The notes under the pieces: model-generated
The model's database searches: none
What the model was told of the DNA's origin: nothing
Seen by the model: only the letters and a program-made list of their open reading frames with translations
Assembly (NCBI RefSeq): GCF_963921235.1
Contig: NC_086108.1
Span: 88,538,001 to 88,602,000, forward strand
Reading direction: 5' to 3'
DNA length: 64,000 bases
DNA from: Mobula hypostoma
Taxonomy: Eukaryota
Translations under genes and position numbers: made by a program
Shown here: piece after piece, positions 12,715-26,462 of the stretch
How positions within the stretch are numbered: position 1 is the first letter of the stretch
How the letters are laid out: each line of letters starts with the position of its first letter

Positions 12715-15700
12715 CATCAGCATCATCAGGTGTCGTGCCCAGTTTGAGCTTTGACTGCCATGGCCCACACACTCCTGTTTTGGGTCAAGTGGATCAATTC
12801 ATTGGTATTCATTTCCAATTCTCTGGCTGCTGTCTCCATCATCATTTGTCTTTGCCTTCCTCTTGCTTTCTTCCCTTCAATCTTTCCCATAATTACCGTA
12901 CATTCTAATGACTAATCACATGTCCAATGAAGTTACGTTGCCTTTTCATGATCTCATACATTATTTCTCTTTTTGTGTTTGCTCTGTTCATGACATCCTC
13001 GTTAGATATTCGTTTCATCCATGATATTCTTTGCATCCTCTTCAAAAACCACATCTCTGCTGCTACAATTCATTTCCTCATGTTACTAGATATTGTCCAA
13101 CATTCTGAGCCATATAACATAACTGGATAATCATAACTTGTCAGTACTCTGAGGTGGGTTGTCATGCCTTGTTTAGTATTGGTCAGTATACTCTTCATTC
13201 TTGTAAAGTTGTCTTTTGCCATCCCTATTCTCTTTTGATATCCAAGTCGCACCTGCCATCTGATGTCACCCAGCTTCCTAAGTAGCAAAAGTTCTTTACG
13301 TGTTTTATGTCTTCCCCATTTATTCTCAGCCTGCAGATAGGATTCTCCTTCTTTTTGGATATCACCATACATTCTGTCTTTATGCAATTGATAGATAGAC
13401 CCATTTTTGCACGTTTTTCAACAATTATATCAATTAAGTTTTGTAGTTCTTCCTCTGTACTTGCAATTAACACAGTGTCATCTGAAATTATTGATGTTTT
13501 CACCGCCAACTTTAATTCCCAAGATGTGTTTATTTTTTGTAATATCGTTTCACTATACACATTAAACAAATTAGGGGAAAAAACACACCCTTGTCTAACG
13601 CCTCTCTTGATTTTCGTAAACTGACTCACTTCTCCATCTATTCTTACAGCAGCACTTTGTTACCAGCACAGATTTCTGATTAGGCCGAGGTCTTTTGAAT
13701 CTAGATCTAGAGTTTTCTGTAATATTTCAAATAATTTATTGTGCTTCACTTTATCAAATGCTTTTGTGTAGTCAATAAAACAAACAAAAAAATCGTTTTG
13801 CACTTGAATAGCTCGTTCTGATAGTATCCTTAACATCAATATTGCGTTTCTTGTACCTTTGTCTTTCACAAAACCACATTGTTCTTTGCCTATTTCAGCT
13901 TGTATCTTACTTTTGGCTCTTGTCATCAAAATTCTTAGGGGTGTCTTGGTGATATGACTCATTAAACTTATGGTCCTATGTAATTCACATTCTATTGCTC
14001 CAGTTATCTTAGGAAGAGTGATAAATGCTGATTTTTTTTTTATCTCTTCTGGTATTATTCCAGTCTCATAAATGTCATTGATTAAATCAGTAAGTTTTCC
14101 AATTCCATAATCTTCAAGGGTGATAATTGGTTCTATTACTAATTCATCAGGACCTGCTGCCTTTTCTTTCTTCATCTTATTTATTGCATTACGAACTTCA
14201 GATTTTAAAATACTTGGATCTTCAATGTTTTTCTTAATTTCTTGATTTGTTGATGTATCCTTGTTGGATCAGTAATAGGGATTCTTTCTATTTGCTCACA
14301 TTCCTGGTTTAACCATTCTTCTTTGGCTTTTTGACATAAGCTTTTAACTTTTTTATCTAAGGACTTATATTCTATAGGATTTGCTTTCTTCCTTCTCCTT
14401 TCTTCCATTAGATTTTTGATTTCATCTGCCATCCATTTATTCTTTGTGCTTTTTTATTTTTTTGGAATCACTGACTTTGCTGATTCTACCAAGGCATCCT
14501 TTAGAGGGTTAAATTTCATTTCTGCATGATTGCTATCATCTTCAACAGATTCTATTTCTAGACTTTGAAATCTATTCCTTACTTCAATTGTAAATTTTTG
14601 TCAAGTTTTCTTCTTTAATTAATTGCAAGTAGTCAAGCGATTGTTCAGGTTTTTGCTTCTTTAGTCTTTTAAGTTTTACTTTTACGTGACATACTATTGG
14701 GTCATGGTCACTATTACAGTCTGCACCTGGATATGTTTTGCATTGAGTCACTGAGTTTCTAAATCTTTGGTTTATAGTGATAAAGTCAATTTGATTTCTA
14801 GTGTTATCACCTGGACTTTTCCATGTCCACAAGCATCTTGGATGGTTTTTAAAGTAGGTATTCATAATGACCTGATTATTCATCTTGCACCATTCTACCC
14901 ATTTCTCACCTCTTTCATTTCTTTCCCCTAGTCCAAAGTTACCTATGATATTCCCATCAGCACCTTGTCCTACTTTAGCATTCAGTTCTCCCATGATAAT
15001 AACAATATCTTAAGATTTGCAACCATTCTTTGCTTGTTCAAGCTCTTCATAGAATTTATCTATATCTTCATTTGTTCCATCTGTTGTTGGTGCATATACC
15101 TGTATAATTGTTAAATCGAATGGTTGTCCTCTGAATCTAACAAGGAGCATTCTTTCTGATATTGCCCAATGTCCTAAAACACCTTTTGCCATGTTTTCAT
15201 CCATAAGAATTCCTACTGCATTAGGATGGGATGTTCCACAAGAATAAACTAGTGTTTTATTTCTAATCTGACATGTTCCAGCACTTATCCAATGAACTTC
15301 ACTAATTCCCATGATGTTAATCTTTAGTCTTTACATTTCATTTATCACATTGTCCAATCTTCCTGCTTGATATAGGGTTCTTACAGTCCAAGTGGCAATA
15401 ATTTTCTTTTGTGTTACTTTAATTTTATGGGCAGTAGCATGATGATGGTCAGGGATCCCCTACTGGCCAGAATCAACCCTACCAATTGAAACATCTTCAG
15501 AGTTGTCTTGAAGATCCTCTTGACACTGTTGTTGTGTGATCATGAGTTTGACCATGGTTTTCTTAGCAAATTGCAATGGTGGTTTGCTATTGCCTACCGT
15601 TGGGCGAACTAAAGAAATCGCCATTTCTCTTCCCAAATGTTCATCCGCCTATACTATAGCCATTGACATTTGAGGTCGTAGTTTATCCACCTTCTCCGTC

Positions 15701-15904
15701 ATAAGTTCAGTTACTGAACCTGCCGGATCTGCTGTTGGCCTTCGCTTGTGTCCTGAGCAAGAACTCTTGAGGGTGCTACCGTTCTGGGTCAGAGCGGCCC
15801 TGTGAGCAACGAATGACTAAGGGGTAACTCCACTTTCCCCAAAGCTCTGAAAGTCCCCAATCAGAGCCTCATCACTGGTTGCAGTTTAGAGTCATACCCA
15901 GGAC
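12715..15904 (-). mobile_element. RTE-clade LINE, near full-length (APE endonuclease + RT), frameshifted
   Basis: ORFs with GISEVHW, IIQVYAPT, NQIDFI, DCNSDH (APE) and CFIDYTKAFDKV, GVRQGCVFSP, YGSECWT (RT); (GAT)n-like 3' tail near 12715; 5' end GTCCTGGGTATGAC. Confidence 0.92.
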
Positions 15905-17610
15905 TGAAATTTGGAACCTACCCTCGCCTCTGCCTGTTGAGCCAAAGCCATCCCACTTTGATTGATTTCAGTGCTAATCCATCTTGTTCACCAGCTCATT
16001 CTGGAAGGAGGGATTCACTTGGCTGTCTCCTGATGTGGTTTAGATGTCGGTGGCATACACCACCACCCTCAAGTGCTGAAGTAATTTGTTGGCTCTCTTT
16101 CACCACCAGTTCTCCCTTCACCCACCTTTGTCTCTCAGGGTTCAGGTGAACATAAATTGGATCTCCTGCCTCAAAGTTTCAACGTCTCATATTTGAATTG
16201 TACCGCACTTTCATTGTCTTGAGTCTGCCTCTTACTCAGTCTTCCAGCTCCAGCTGCAATAAATTCAATCGGGAATGCAACCTGTGGCCCATCAATAGTT
16301 AAGTTGGAGTGAAATCTGTGGTAATTTGTGGGACTGTTCAGTACTAGAAGAAAAATCAATTTATCCAGATGTGTACGTCACCATTCAACAGTTGGATATT
16401 ACTACTACTATTACTACGTCGACTCAGGCCTAGGGGGCCGGCATTGGGCACTGTTGGATCCCTACATGAACAGTCCTTTCAGCCATGACATTTGACGATG
16501 GGTGATTAGGGGACGCACATTGCAATCGGATTCCATTCTCTTGATAAAATAGTTGAATTCCTCAGTTCAACAGAGACCATTATCACAGACCACAGTATTG
16601 GGGATTCCACGTATACAAAATAGTGTGCATAAAACGTTTATCGTCGGCTGGCCGGGTCAAAGTCTTCACCACTTTGGCCTTGATCGATTTAGAATGGGCA
16701 TTGGCGACTACCAATTGCATGTGACCATCTAATGGACCTGCGTAGTCTGCGTGTAAATGGCTCCAGGATTCGGTTGGCCAATGCCATGGAGCCATAGGTA
16801 CAGAAGCGTGTAAAGATCGAGGCTGCTGACATGGGTTGTATGCACAAACAATGTGCTCAATGTCTTCAGCAGTTTTCGGCCATCAAACATAATTCCGGGC
16901 TGGTGCCTTCACATGTGATATTCCTGGATGCACACAATGTAAATTCCAGGAAAGGGGACCGTAATTGTGCAGGAATTACAATATGACTTCCCCACAGTAG
17001 ACAACCACCGTAGATGCTAAGCTCGTTTTGATGTCTGGCAGAGCTTAGCACAGTTTTGGGCAGACTAGTTGGTCATCCCTCTTCTATGCACCTTTTTACT
17101 TGTACCAATGTTACATCTTGCTCAGTTTTTTCTTTTACCTGAGAAGCAATGATTGGAGATGTGTTGGCCCAGTTCATCAGTAGTACCAGTTCGCTTGGAA
17201 GTTCTGACTCACACAGATTTTCATGAAATGGAAGATGGCTTAAGGCATCTGCAGTGTAATTGTGTCTACTGGGAACTTAAGATATCATGTACTGAAGAGC
17301 GGACAGGTATTGGGCCCACCATTGCATCCTTGGTGAAGCCTTGTGCGTGGAATGGGCTGCTGGAGACGGTGGTGGAGGCAGATACAATAGGGTCTTTTAA
17401 GATGGAGCTTAGAAAAACAGAGGGCTATGGGTAACCCTAAGTAATTTCTAAAGTAAGTACATGTTCGGCACAGCATTGTGGGCCAAAGGGCCTGTATTGT
17501 GCTGTAGGTTTTGTATGTTTTTATCTGTGGCACACCCTTGCTCTCACCAAGCAATCACACCAATGGCTTGTGGTCCAGATGAATCTCGAAACTATTGGCC
17601 GTACAAGAAT
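15905..17610 (-). mobile_element. Decayed Gypsy pol remnant (integrase and RNase H end), interrupted by a short CR1 3' end (about 17345-17520)
   Basis: WHWPTESWSHLHADYAGPLDGHMQLVV and ELSIYGGCLLWGSHIVIP integrase-region motifs. Confidence 0.75.
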
Positions 17611-17889
17611 GGCAAAAACAATTAAAGGCAAACCCGGAGGTTGGAACAGAACGTTTATCACGTACAGTTCAGCCGAGTCATTCTGTTTGACTCGTAATCA
17701 CATGTAAGTAATGAACACGTGCACGCACACTGGGTGAATGGGTCAAACATTAATTGATAAATGGACAGGCCCACAAAGTTGACCAATCAAGTGATGTCAC
17801 ATGAGAGACCAATTACAGTCACATGGTGGATAGGGCACATTCAGGGGTTCATCTTCAGAGCCAAAATCTGCGTTCCCTCCTGAACATGG

Positions 17890-19545
17890 CACACATGTAG
17901 ATAGAGTGTTAAAGAAGGCATAGAACAAGAGTCAGGAAGTCATGATGATCAGTCTGAACCCTGAGTAATTTGCACAATTCTGGTCACTCATTGAAGGAAG
18001 GGCGTAGAGGCTTTGGGGAGGACGCAGAAGAGGTTTACCAAGATGCTGACTGGATTAGACGGCATGTGCTATCCAGAGAGGTTTTCTATATAAAGTGGTG
18101 TTTTCTCTCTAGCCCTGGACAGTGAATGTCAATCATACAACTAAGTGGAAAACAATGAGGTTGCTTTCATGAATTCAGCTCAGCTTCTTCAAGGCAACCT
18201 AGATTCCCATGTAGGCTAATTCCTTTTGTCTGCATTTGACTCCTACCTCTCTGAACCTCTTCTATCCACACATCTGTTGAAATGACTTTTAAATATTTTT
18301 ATTGAACCTACCTCAGCCACTTACATACCACTCTGTGTGTGGAAAAAATATTTCCCTTGTCCGGTGACCTGTTACATCTCTCCTCTCTCATGTTAAATTA
18401 GCATCTTAAGGACTATAAGGCATAGGAGCAGAATCAGGCCATTCAGCCCATCAGTTCTTCTCTGACATTTTATCGTAGCTGATTTATTTTCCCCCTCAAC
18501 CCATTCTCCTGATTTCTCTCATAATCTTTGATGCTGTTACTAATCCAATGACTTGGCCTCCACAGACCTCTGTGGCAATGAATTCCATAGATTCACAACC
18601 CTCTAGCAAAAGAAATTCTTCCTCATCACTGTTCTAAATGTTCATCCTTCTATCCTAAGCCTGTGCCCTCTGGTCCTAGACTCTCCCACTATTCGAAACA
18701 GCCTCTCACCTCATCCACTCTATCTAGGTCTTTCAATATTCCGTATGTTTCAATGAGATTCCCCCTCTTTCTTCTAAACTCCAGTGGAGTAACTCTATCT
18801 CCTTTGCCATAGCATTGGAAAGGGATAGGAACAGACAAGTTAGGGAAGTGTTTAATTGGAGTAAGGGGAAATATGAAGCTATCAGGCAGGAACTTGGTAG
18901 TATAAATAGGGAACAGATGTTCTCAGGGAAATGTACAGCAGAAATGGGTTAAATTGTCAGGGGATATTTGCATGGTGTTCTGCATAGGTATGTTCCAATG
19001 AGACAGGAAAAGGATGATAGGATATAGGAAATGTGGTGTACAAAGGCTGTTGAAAATCTAGTCAAGAAGAAAAGAAAAGCTAACGAAATGTTCAAAAAAC
19101 TAGGTAATAATAGAGATCTAGCAGGAAGGAGCTTAAGAACGAAATTAGGAGAGCCAGAAGGGGCCATGAGAAGGCCTTGGTGAGCAGGATTAAGGAAAAC
19201 CCCAAGGCATTCTACAAATATGTGAAGAGCAAGAGATAAGACATGAGAGAATAGGACCAATCATGTGTGACAGGATGTCACTAAACACATTGATGAAGGT
19301 AGAGCAGTAGATGTAGTATATATGGATTTCAGCAAGGCATTTGATAAGGTACCCCATGTAAGACTTATTGAGAAAGTAAGGAGGCATGGGATCCAAGGGG
19401 ACCTTGCTTTGTGGATCCAAAATTGGCTTGCTCACAGAAGGCAAGGAGTGGTTGTAGATGGGTCATGTTCTGCATGGAGGTTGGTGACTAGTGGAGTGCC
19501 TCAGGGATCTGTTCTGGGACCAGTTCTCTTTGTGATTTTGCTCCG
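17890..19545. mobile_element. Cluster of CR1 fragments in both orientations
   Basis: Plus-strand DFSKAFDKVPH...SGVPQGSVLGP (19322); minus-strand CR1 3' UTR at about 18410-18785. Confidence 0.85.
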
Positions 19546-19759
19546 TAAAGACTCAGCATTATATTGTTGTTTCTATTTTGGTACACGTGACAATAATAAA
19601 ACAAAAAACTTTTTGTGCTCAGATTTCTGGAGTGGGACTCAAACCCAAAGCCTCTAAATTGACAGGTGAGGGAGTATGGTTACCTTAGTTCATAGTTGAA
19701 GATGTGCACTGAATACCTTGGATTGACAGGAATCTTGAAGCAGATCCCTTATATCAAAA

Positions 19760-20660
19760 GTTCAAAGATACATTTATTATGTATGAAGTATACAACTCTG
19801 AGATGTGTCTTCTCCAGACAGCTACGAAATAAAGAAAAACACTGGAAGCCATTCAAAGAAAAACATTAACCCCATCCCCCACCATGCACAAAAAAAAACA
19901 AATCACACAAATGGCAACATGAAAATCAAACCCCTCTACGTGAAAAAAAATCCTGCAAACAGCAACAAAAACAGCAAACTCCAACACCCACTCCCGCAGC
20001 CCCACACAAAAAAATCAGAAACAAAAAAGAAGGGGTGAAAACACTGAGTTTAACAACATAAAACTGAAAGACTCCAATTTGAACCACAATCCACAGTCCA
20101 ATCCATAAGTTGAAGAACTTCAATAACATCCTTTGATAGTATCAAGGGAGAAAGAGGCCATTCGAATGTAGAGGTCTTCCCAGAGACCGTCACACATAGC
20201 TACCTTCTCCGGCAGATAAGAGCAAGTGACCGTCACATGCAGACACCTTCTTCAGAAGAAGCGAGCGAGAGGTCATCTTACACAGAAACCTTCTCCAGAA
20301 GAAACAAGCGAGAGGCAGGTAATTGGCGCTGAACACTCGCTCACCTTCCACATTTGCCTCGATGTTTTGATCTTTGTCATTGCTTTAATCAGAAAGAAAT
20401 GGATTTGATCACTGGCTCGTGCCCCATCTCTAAGCTTCTCCACTTCGAGGCCGCTCACCTCCTGGTATTTCCTCAGCGACAACAAAGCACTAGATCACTC
20501 AATCAATCTTCAAGCTGTAAATTGCAGGCTGCAACAGCACCAGAAATGCATTTAAAATTAAAAAAGAATACGTAGCAGAAGTGAAATAAACAGTTTCATG
20601 GACTATCTGGAAGATGTCACCTGAGGAAGCATTGTTCACTGGTGCCATCTTGACCAGAAG
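19760..20660 (-). mobile_element. Non-autonomous Rex/L2-associated repeat with an internal ~43-bp tandem triplication (about 20184-20315)
   Basis: Minus-strand 5' end CTTCTGGTCAAGATGGCACC; 3' AATAAA...TTTGAAC tail; repeated GACCGTCACA...ACCTTCT unit. Confidence 0.45.
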
Positions 20661-21279
20661 TATGCTGAAACAATTTGTAGTTTCCTACAAGTTGTTTTTC
20701 TCTCAACAGTATGGCAACTGCTAGTTCACAGAAGGTGGTGAGGGAGTGAAGGAATATCATTTAAGAGATTGCTTTGTTAATTTCCAAATAAAATCTTTTA
20801 ACTGGCTAGCAGCTAGCTGCCCTTGGAGAGACAAGTGACTGCAGATGCTTACAACATTCCAGCCTTCAGTGTGAATAAACACATACACTTTAAATGCATA
20901 TCAAATATACAGTAGGTAAGGTAGTTTAATGATATAACTCACAATATGTAACTGTGGTTGTTTAGGTTTATAATTTGCATTTAAACTTGTTGGCCCTGGT
21001 TCAGACATTTTGAAGGTAAATAATATAGGAAACTCTTCAAAAAACTGAAAGATGGCAAAATTAACCTACTGCACTAAAATAAAACCTGGCATATTGTCTG
21101 TGCATCTGTCATGAAATGCAAGTTAAAAAAAAAATAAAAATAAAAAACTATTGTTGCTTTCACATTTTGTGCTTATTTATTTGATTTCTATTTCTCACAT
21201 AGATTCCATAAGAAATTATTCTGTATCTTGGATCAGATGTCTTTCTTGTAACAGGTTACTCTGCTATGGAACTGATAAT

Positions 21280-21745
21280 TTCAAGTTGGAGAGGGTGCAG
21301 AAGAAATTTACACGGATGTTTCCTGGACTAGAAGCCAAAGATAGGGAGTGGATAGCCATGTTGGATTTTAGAATGAGGGGTGACCTCACAAAAGCTTGTA
21401 AAATCATGAGGTGTACGGATAAGGCAGTCGTAGTCTTTTCGCCAAGGTTAGTGAGTCCAAAACTAAAGGGTACAGACATGAGGTAAGAGGGGAGAGATTT
21501 AAAAGAGACCTGAGAGGTAAATTCTTTACAGAGAGGGCAGTGAGTACCTGGAATGAGCTGCCAGAGGAAGTGGTTGAGTTGGGTACAATTGCAATAAGAG
21601 GGATTTGGATAGGTACATCGAGGGGAAGGGCTTCGAGGAGTATAGGCTGAATGGAGGCAACTGGGACTATCAGGGAAGATGCTGCATCCAGCATGGATCA
21701 GTCGGGCTGAAGGGCCTGTCTCCGAGCTCCATGACTTTCTGATTC
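21280..21745 (+). mobile_element. CR1 3' fragment
   Basis: LERVQKKFTRMFPGL...RMRGDL and CR1 3' UTR. Confidence 0.85.
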
Positions 21746-22869
21746 TTGTACTAGTTGATGTTTCAGGTGAAAAACCTGTTTCTCTTTCCATGGATGGTGC
21801 CCGACCTCCTGAATGCTTCTAGCATTTTCTGATTTTGTTTCAGATTTGCAGCATCTTCAAATTTTCACACTATTACTTGAAGAAAGAGAATTTTACCGAT
21901 CATCAAGTTTTTAAATATTTACTACTAGTGAGCCGGTGGGTGAGTTTTGAAAGCCAGGAGGAGATTTTTAATATTGAGATATTTTTCAATATAAGTCACC
22001 ATGATTAAGAAAACACTGGGGTGTTGGATGGAACAGAATTTGGTGCAAGTTAGATAGAAGTAATAAGCGTTTGAATGGTCTGAAGCTTATGAATTGTGAA
22101 AGGGTGAAGACAAGCAGGAAGTCTGTTGGAATAGTAAATCTAATTCTGAGAACCATCAGTCCTCACCCTTCAATTATTAAACAGCCACTGCTCAACATGA
22201 GCCTGTTAATAATCGTGGTATTGAAGATTCTGTTAACAAATGAACTGAAACTAGGGAAGAGCCAGATGATACTTCAAAGGTGGAAATGTGTAGCCTTAAC
22301 AATAGCTGGAATTTGTGACCTTAATGCTTATGCCGGAGTTGAATCTGATGCCAAGGTAATAACATGTGATTCTGTTTACCAAGGGGATTGAACAGTCGCT
22401 GAGGAAAAGAGTTTGTGTTTGGAACCAATGGCTTTAAATCTACTAATATTTTGCTGGAAGAAATTCCCAACAGGGAAAAAAATAAACACATAAGTAATTC
22501 TAATACTATAGCAGCTCTACAAACAGTGACTTCAATTTATTTACATAATAACAGTTGCGCTGGGTAGTTCTTCTCCACAGGGAAGTCCATTACATAGTAA
22601 AATCTGTTGTTTCCATAACCTTATCAACTGCTTGTAATTTTGTTTCATTGATACAATCATACAAAAGGTAAGCAATAATATTCTATGCATGTTTCTCCTA
22701 AAATTAACATTAACCCAGTTCACTGACAACATTAAAAGTGTTTCAAGAAATTTCACCATAAATTATGCAAACCAGCAACACTCTGTGTTTTGTATGATTT
22801 GATCATATTGGAAATTAACTGGCGCTCAGCACACCTCTCCTATCTGTGTGCAGATGCAAAAGGAATGAA

Positions 22870-24124
22870 TAAATAATAAACAATGATGTGTCAGCATGCA
22901 AAAAGGAGGTGAAAGGCTTGTCAGCTGGTGTGAGAACAATAACCCTGCGTCTGAATGCGGACAGGACAAAGGAGATGATTGTGAACTTCAGGAAGGCACA
23001 GGTTAGCAACATTACACGTCAATGGTTCTGCCATGGAGAGAGTGAAGAGCGCAACGTTTCTCGGTGTGCACATAACAGATGATCTAACCTGGACCCACAA
23101 CGCCTCCGCATTAGTCAAGAAAGCAGAGCAGCGTCTACACTTTCTGAGGCATGCAAGGCTCTCAGCCCTCATTTTAACAGCTTTCTCCGGGAGCATCATC
23201 AAGGGTATTCCGTCTGGCTGCATCATTGAGTGGTATGGAAGCTATAAGACATGAGACCACAAAACCCTATGGAGGATAGTGAAATTCATTGAGAGGATCA
23301 CTGGAGTCTCCCTATTCCCTACTTGCGACTTTTACTGCGAGTGTTGTATACAAAGGGACCGAAGCATTGTTGAAGGTCTCTATCACCCATCCCACAATCT
23401 CTTTGACCCACCACTGCCAGGAAGGAGGTATAGGAGCATCAGGGCTAGGATGCCCAGACTGGGTTACAGGTTCTTCCCTCAGGCTGTGAGACTAATGAAT
23501 ACGCTGCCGTCACTAAGGTATCATAATTAGGACAGCGAGCGTTATGTTGTTTGACCTGGGCTCTGCACTACATGCATTTCGCATTATATTTTATTAAGTT
23601 ATTTGTGGTACTATTTTATTTTTGTGTTCTGTGTGTGATATACATATTGTGGGTGCACCCTAGTCTGGAGGAACGCTGTTTCGTCTGGTTGTATATATAT
23701 ACTGTATATATGTATATCTCTCTCTCTGGCTATCCATCCCATAGGATGATGATGGTTCCTTTCAGTCAGTTAGTGGAGTTTAGGATTCCCCACTCCTCAG
23801 AAAGGAACAGCGTGTGCGTGAATGGATTTTCAGTGAGTAGGGGGTTGCACAGGTCCAGACCCACCCTCTCGACATCCCCTCCCGGATCCAGCGGCATGGT
23901 GGGGTCCAAGACAGCTGGGGGAAGTTCTGTTGCAGTGAATGGCCAGACCAAGCTTCGATGCAAGGGATGCCCTTTCCGCGCTTCACGCCACGTGTTTGCT
24001 AGATGGCTGTTGGCCATACGAGAGGGTTCATCCGCCCTTTCACAGGTCTTGTTTTTCATCCGGCAGGGTGTCTAGCCACCCTCCTCACCGGGCAAGCCCG
24101 GTGGGGGAGCCGGTTTAGTCACCG

Positions 24125-24183
<59 letters not shown>

Positions 24184-25660
24184 CAGTCACATGACAGTAA
24201 ACTTGAAATTGAATTTGAACTTGAAGAAAATAAATAATACTGAGAAGATGAGTTGTAGCGCCCTTGAAAGTGAGTCCATGAGTTATGGAATCAATTCAGA
24301 GCTGAGGTGAATGAACTTATCCAGGAGCCTGATGATTGAAGGGCTATCACCAGCAGGTTGTAAGAGTGGGCTCCCTCAGTTCCACCCGTCTGACTCTCAA
24401 TACAGGAGCCCCTCAGGGCTGTGACCTGAGTCCCCTCCTTTACTCCCTGTATACCCATGACTGTATCGCCACCCACAGCTCCAATCTGCTAATTAAATTT
24501 GCTGAAGACACTACATTGATTGGCCTTATCTCAAAAAATAACGAGGTGGCCTACAGGGAAGAAGTCATCTCTCTGATACAGTGATGTCAAGAAAACAACC
24601 CCTCCCTCAATGTCACAAAAACAAAGGATTGTGGATTGTGGATTACAGGAGGAATGGAGATGGACTAACCCTTATTGACATCAATAGATCTAGGGTTGAG
24701 AGCGTATAAAGGTTTAAGTTCTTCTGCATCCACATCACTGAGGATGTCACATGGTCTATGCACACCAGATGTGTGGTGAGAAAGCACAACAGCACCTCTT
24801 TCACCTCAGACAGTTGAGGAAGTTTGGTATGGGCCCCCAGATCCTAAGAACTTTCTACAGGGGCACAATTGAGAGCATCCTGACTGGCTGCATCACGGTC
24901 TGGTATGGGAACTGTACCTCTCTTAATCGCAGGACTCTGCATAGAGTCCAGTGCGCTTGTAGTAGTGAACTTCCCATGATTCAGAAAACTTACAAAGATG
25001 GGTATGTCAAAAGGGCCTATAGGATCACTGGGGACCCAAGCCATCCAACCACAATCTATTCCAGCTGCTACCATCCGGGAATCGGTATCTCAGAATAAAA
25101 GCCAGACCAACAGTTTCTTGCACCAGGCCATCAGACTGATTAACTCACACTGATTTGAATGCATTCTATGTTACATTGATGGTTCTATTTATTATAAATT
25201 ATTATAAATTACTATAATCGCACATCGCACATTTAGATGGAGATGTAACATAAAGATTTTTACTCCTCATGTATGTGAAGGATGTGAGAAATAAAGTCAA
25301 GTCAATTCAATTCAGTAACTGTTCTTGAACCTGATAGTATGGGACCTCAGATTCCTGTACCTCCTTCCTGATGGCAGCAGCAAGAAGAGAGCATGTTCTG
25401 GATTGTGGGGCTCCTTGATGATGGACGCTGCTTCCCTGTGTTAGAGCTTCTTGTAGATGTGCTCAATGGTAGGAAGTGCTTTCCCTGAGGTAGAATGGGC
25501 TGTATCCACCACTTCTTGTAAGCTTTTGCATTCTTGGACATTGGTGTTTCCATGCCGGTCTGCGATGTAACCAGTCAGGATACTCTCCACTCTACGTCTA
25601 TAGAAGTTTGTCAAAGTATTAGATGACATGCCGAATAAGCACAAACTTCTAAGAAAAGGA
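22870..25660. mobile_element. Nested Rex1/Babar LINE fragments (plus copies about 22870-23710 and 24345-25313; minus host copy about 24225-24344 and 25314-25660)
   Basis: LN..KTKEMIV.FRK, FLGVHITDDLTW, KKA.QRL.FLR, TGAPQGCDLSPLLYSLYTHDC motifs; (TTCAA)n tail at about 25295-25313. Confidence 0.85.
24128..24181. repeat. (CA)n microsatellite
   Basis: Perfect CA run. Confidence 0.98.
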
Positions 25661-26462
25661 AGCTCTTCCTCCAGTTGTTCCACACACTCACCACCCTCTG
25701 TGTGAAATAGGTGCCCCTTGGGTCCCTTTTCAATCTTTCCCCTCTCATCCTGAACCTAAGCCCTCAAACACTAGACTTCCCTACCCTGGGGGAAAGAATA
25801 TTACCATCCACCTTATCTATGCCTCTCTCCTACAACAGGGTGAACAAAACTATACATGGTCCTCTAAGTGTGGCTTCATCTACAACTTGTACAATTGCTA
25901 CATAATGTCTCAACTTCTATATTCATTTGCCCTAACTGATGAAGACCAGTATGATGAGTACCTTTCTCTCCACCCCGTCTACCTGTGATGCTATTTTCAA
26001 GAAAGTATGCACTTGTGGTCCTAGATCCCTCTGTTCCATTTCTCTCTCCAGTGCTCTACCATTCATAGTATATGTCAAATGCTGTTTTGACTTTCTAAAA
26101 TACATTACGCCACTCCTTCCTCACTAATCCCAACCTTACTATAAAACCCGCCAATGAGGGGGGTGCTCTTTGTAGTCTGGTGTACTGACCTCTACCTTGC
26201 CAAGACACAGCGACAATTCGCGTATACCTCCTCATATTTACCCCTTGATCATGACCCCACTAAGGAGCACCAGGCCATTGCCTCCCACACCATCACCAAC
26301 TTTATCAGCTCGGGGGATCTCCCATCCACTGCTACCAACCTTATAGTTCCCACACCCCGCACTTCCCGTTTCTACCTCCTACCCAAGATCCACAAACCTG
26401 CCTGTCCAGGTAGACCGATTGGCTCAGCTTGCTCCTGCCCCACCGAACTCATTTCTGCATAC

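Noticed and set aside
20184..20315. CRISPR-like or regulatory repeat array
   Set aside because: Degenerate head-to-tail ~43-bp minisatellite without unique spacers, inside a eukaryotic repeat.
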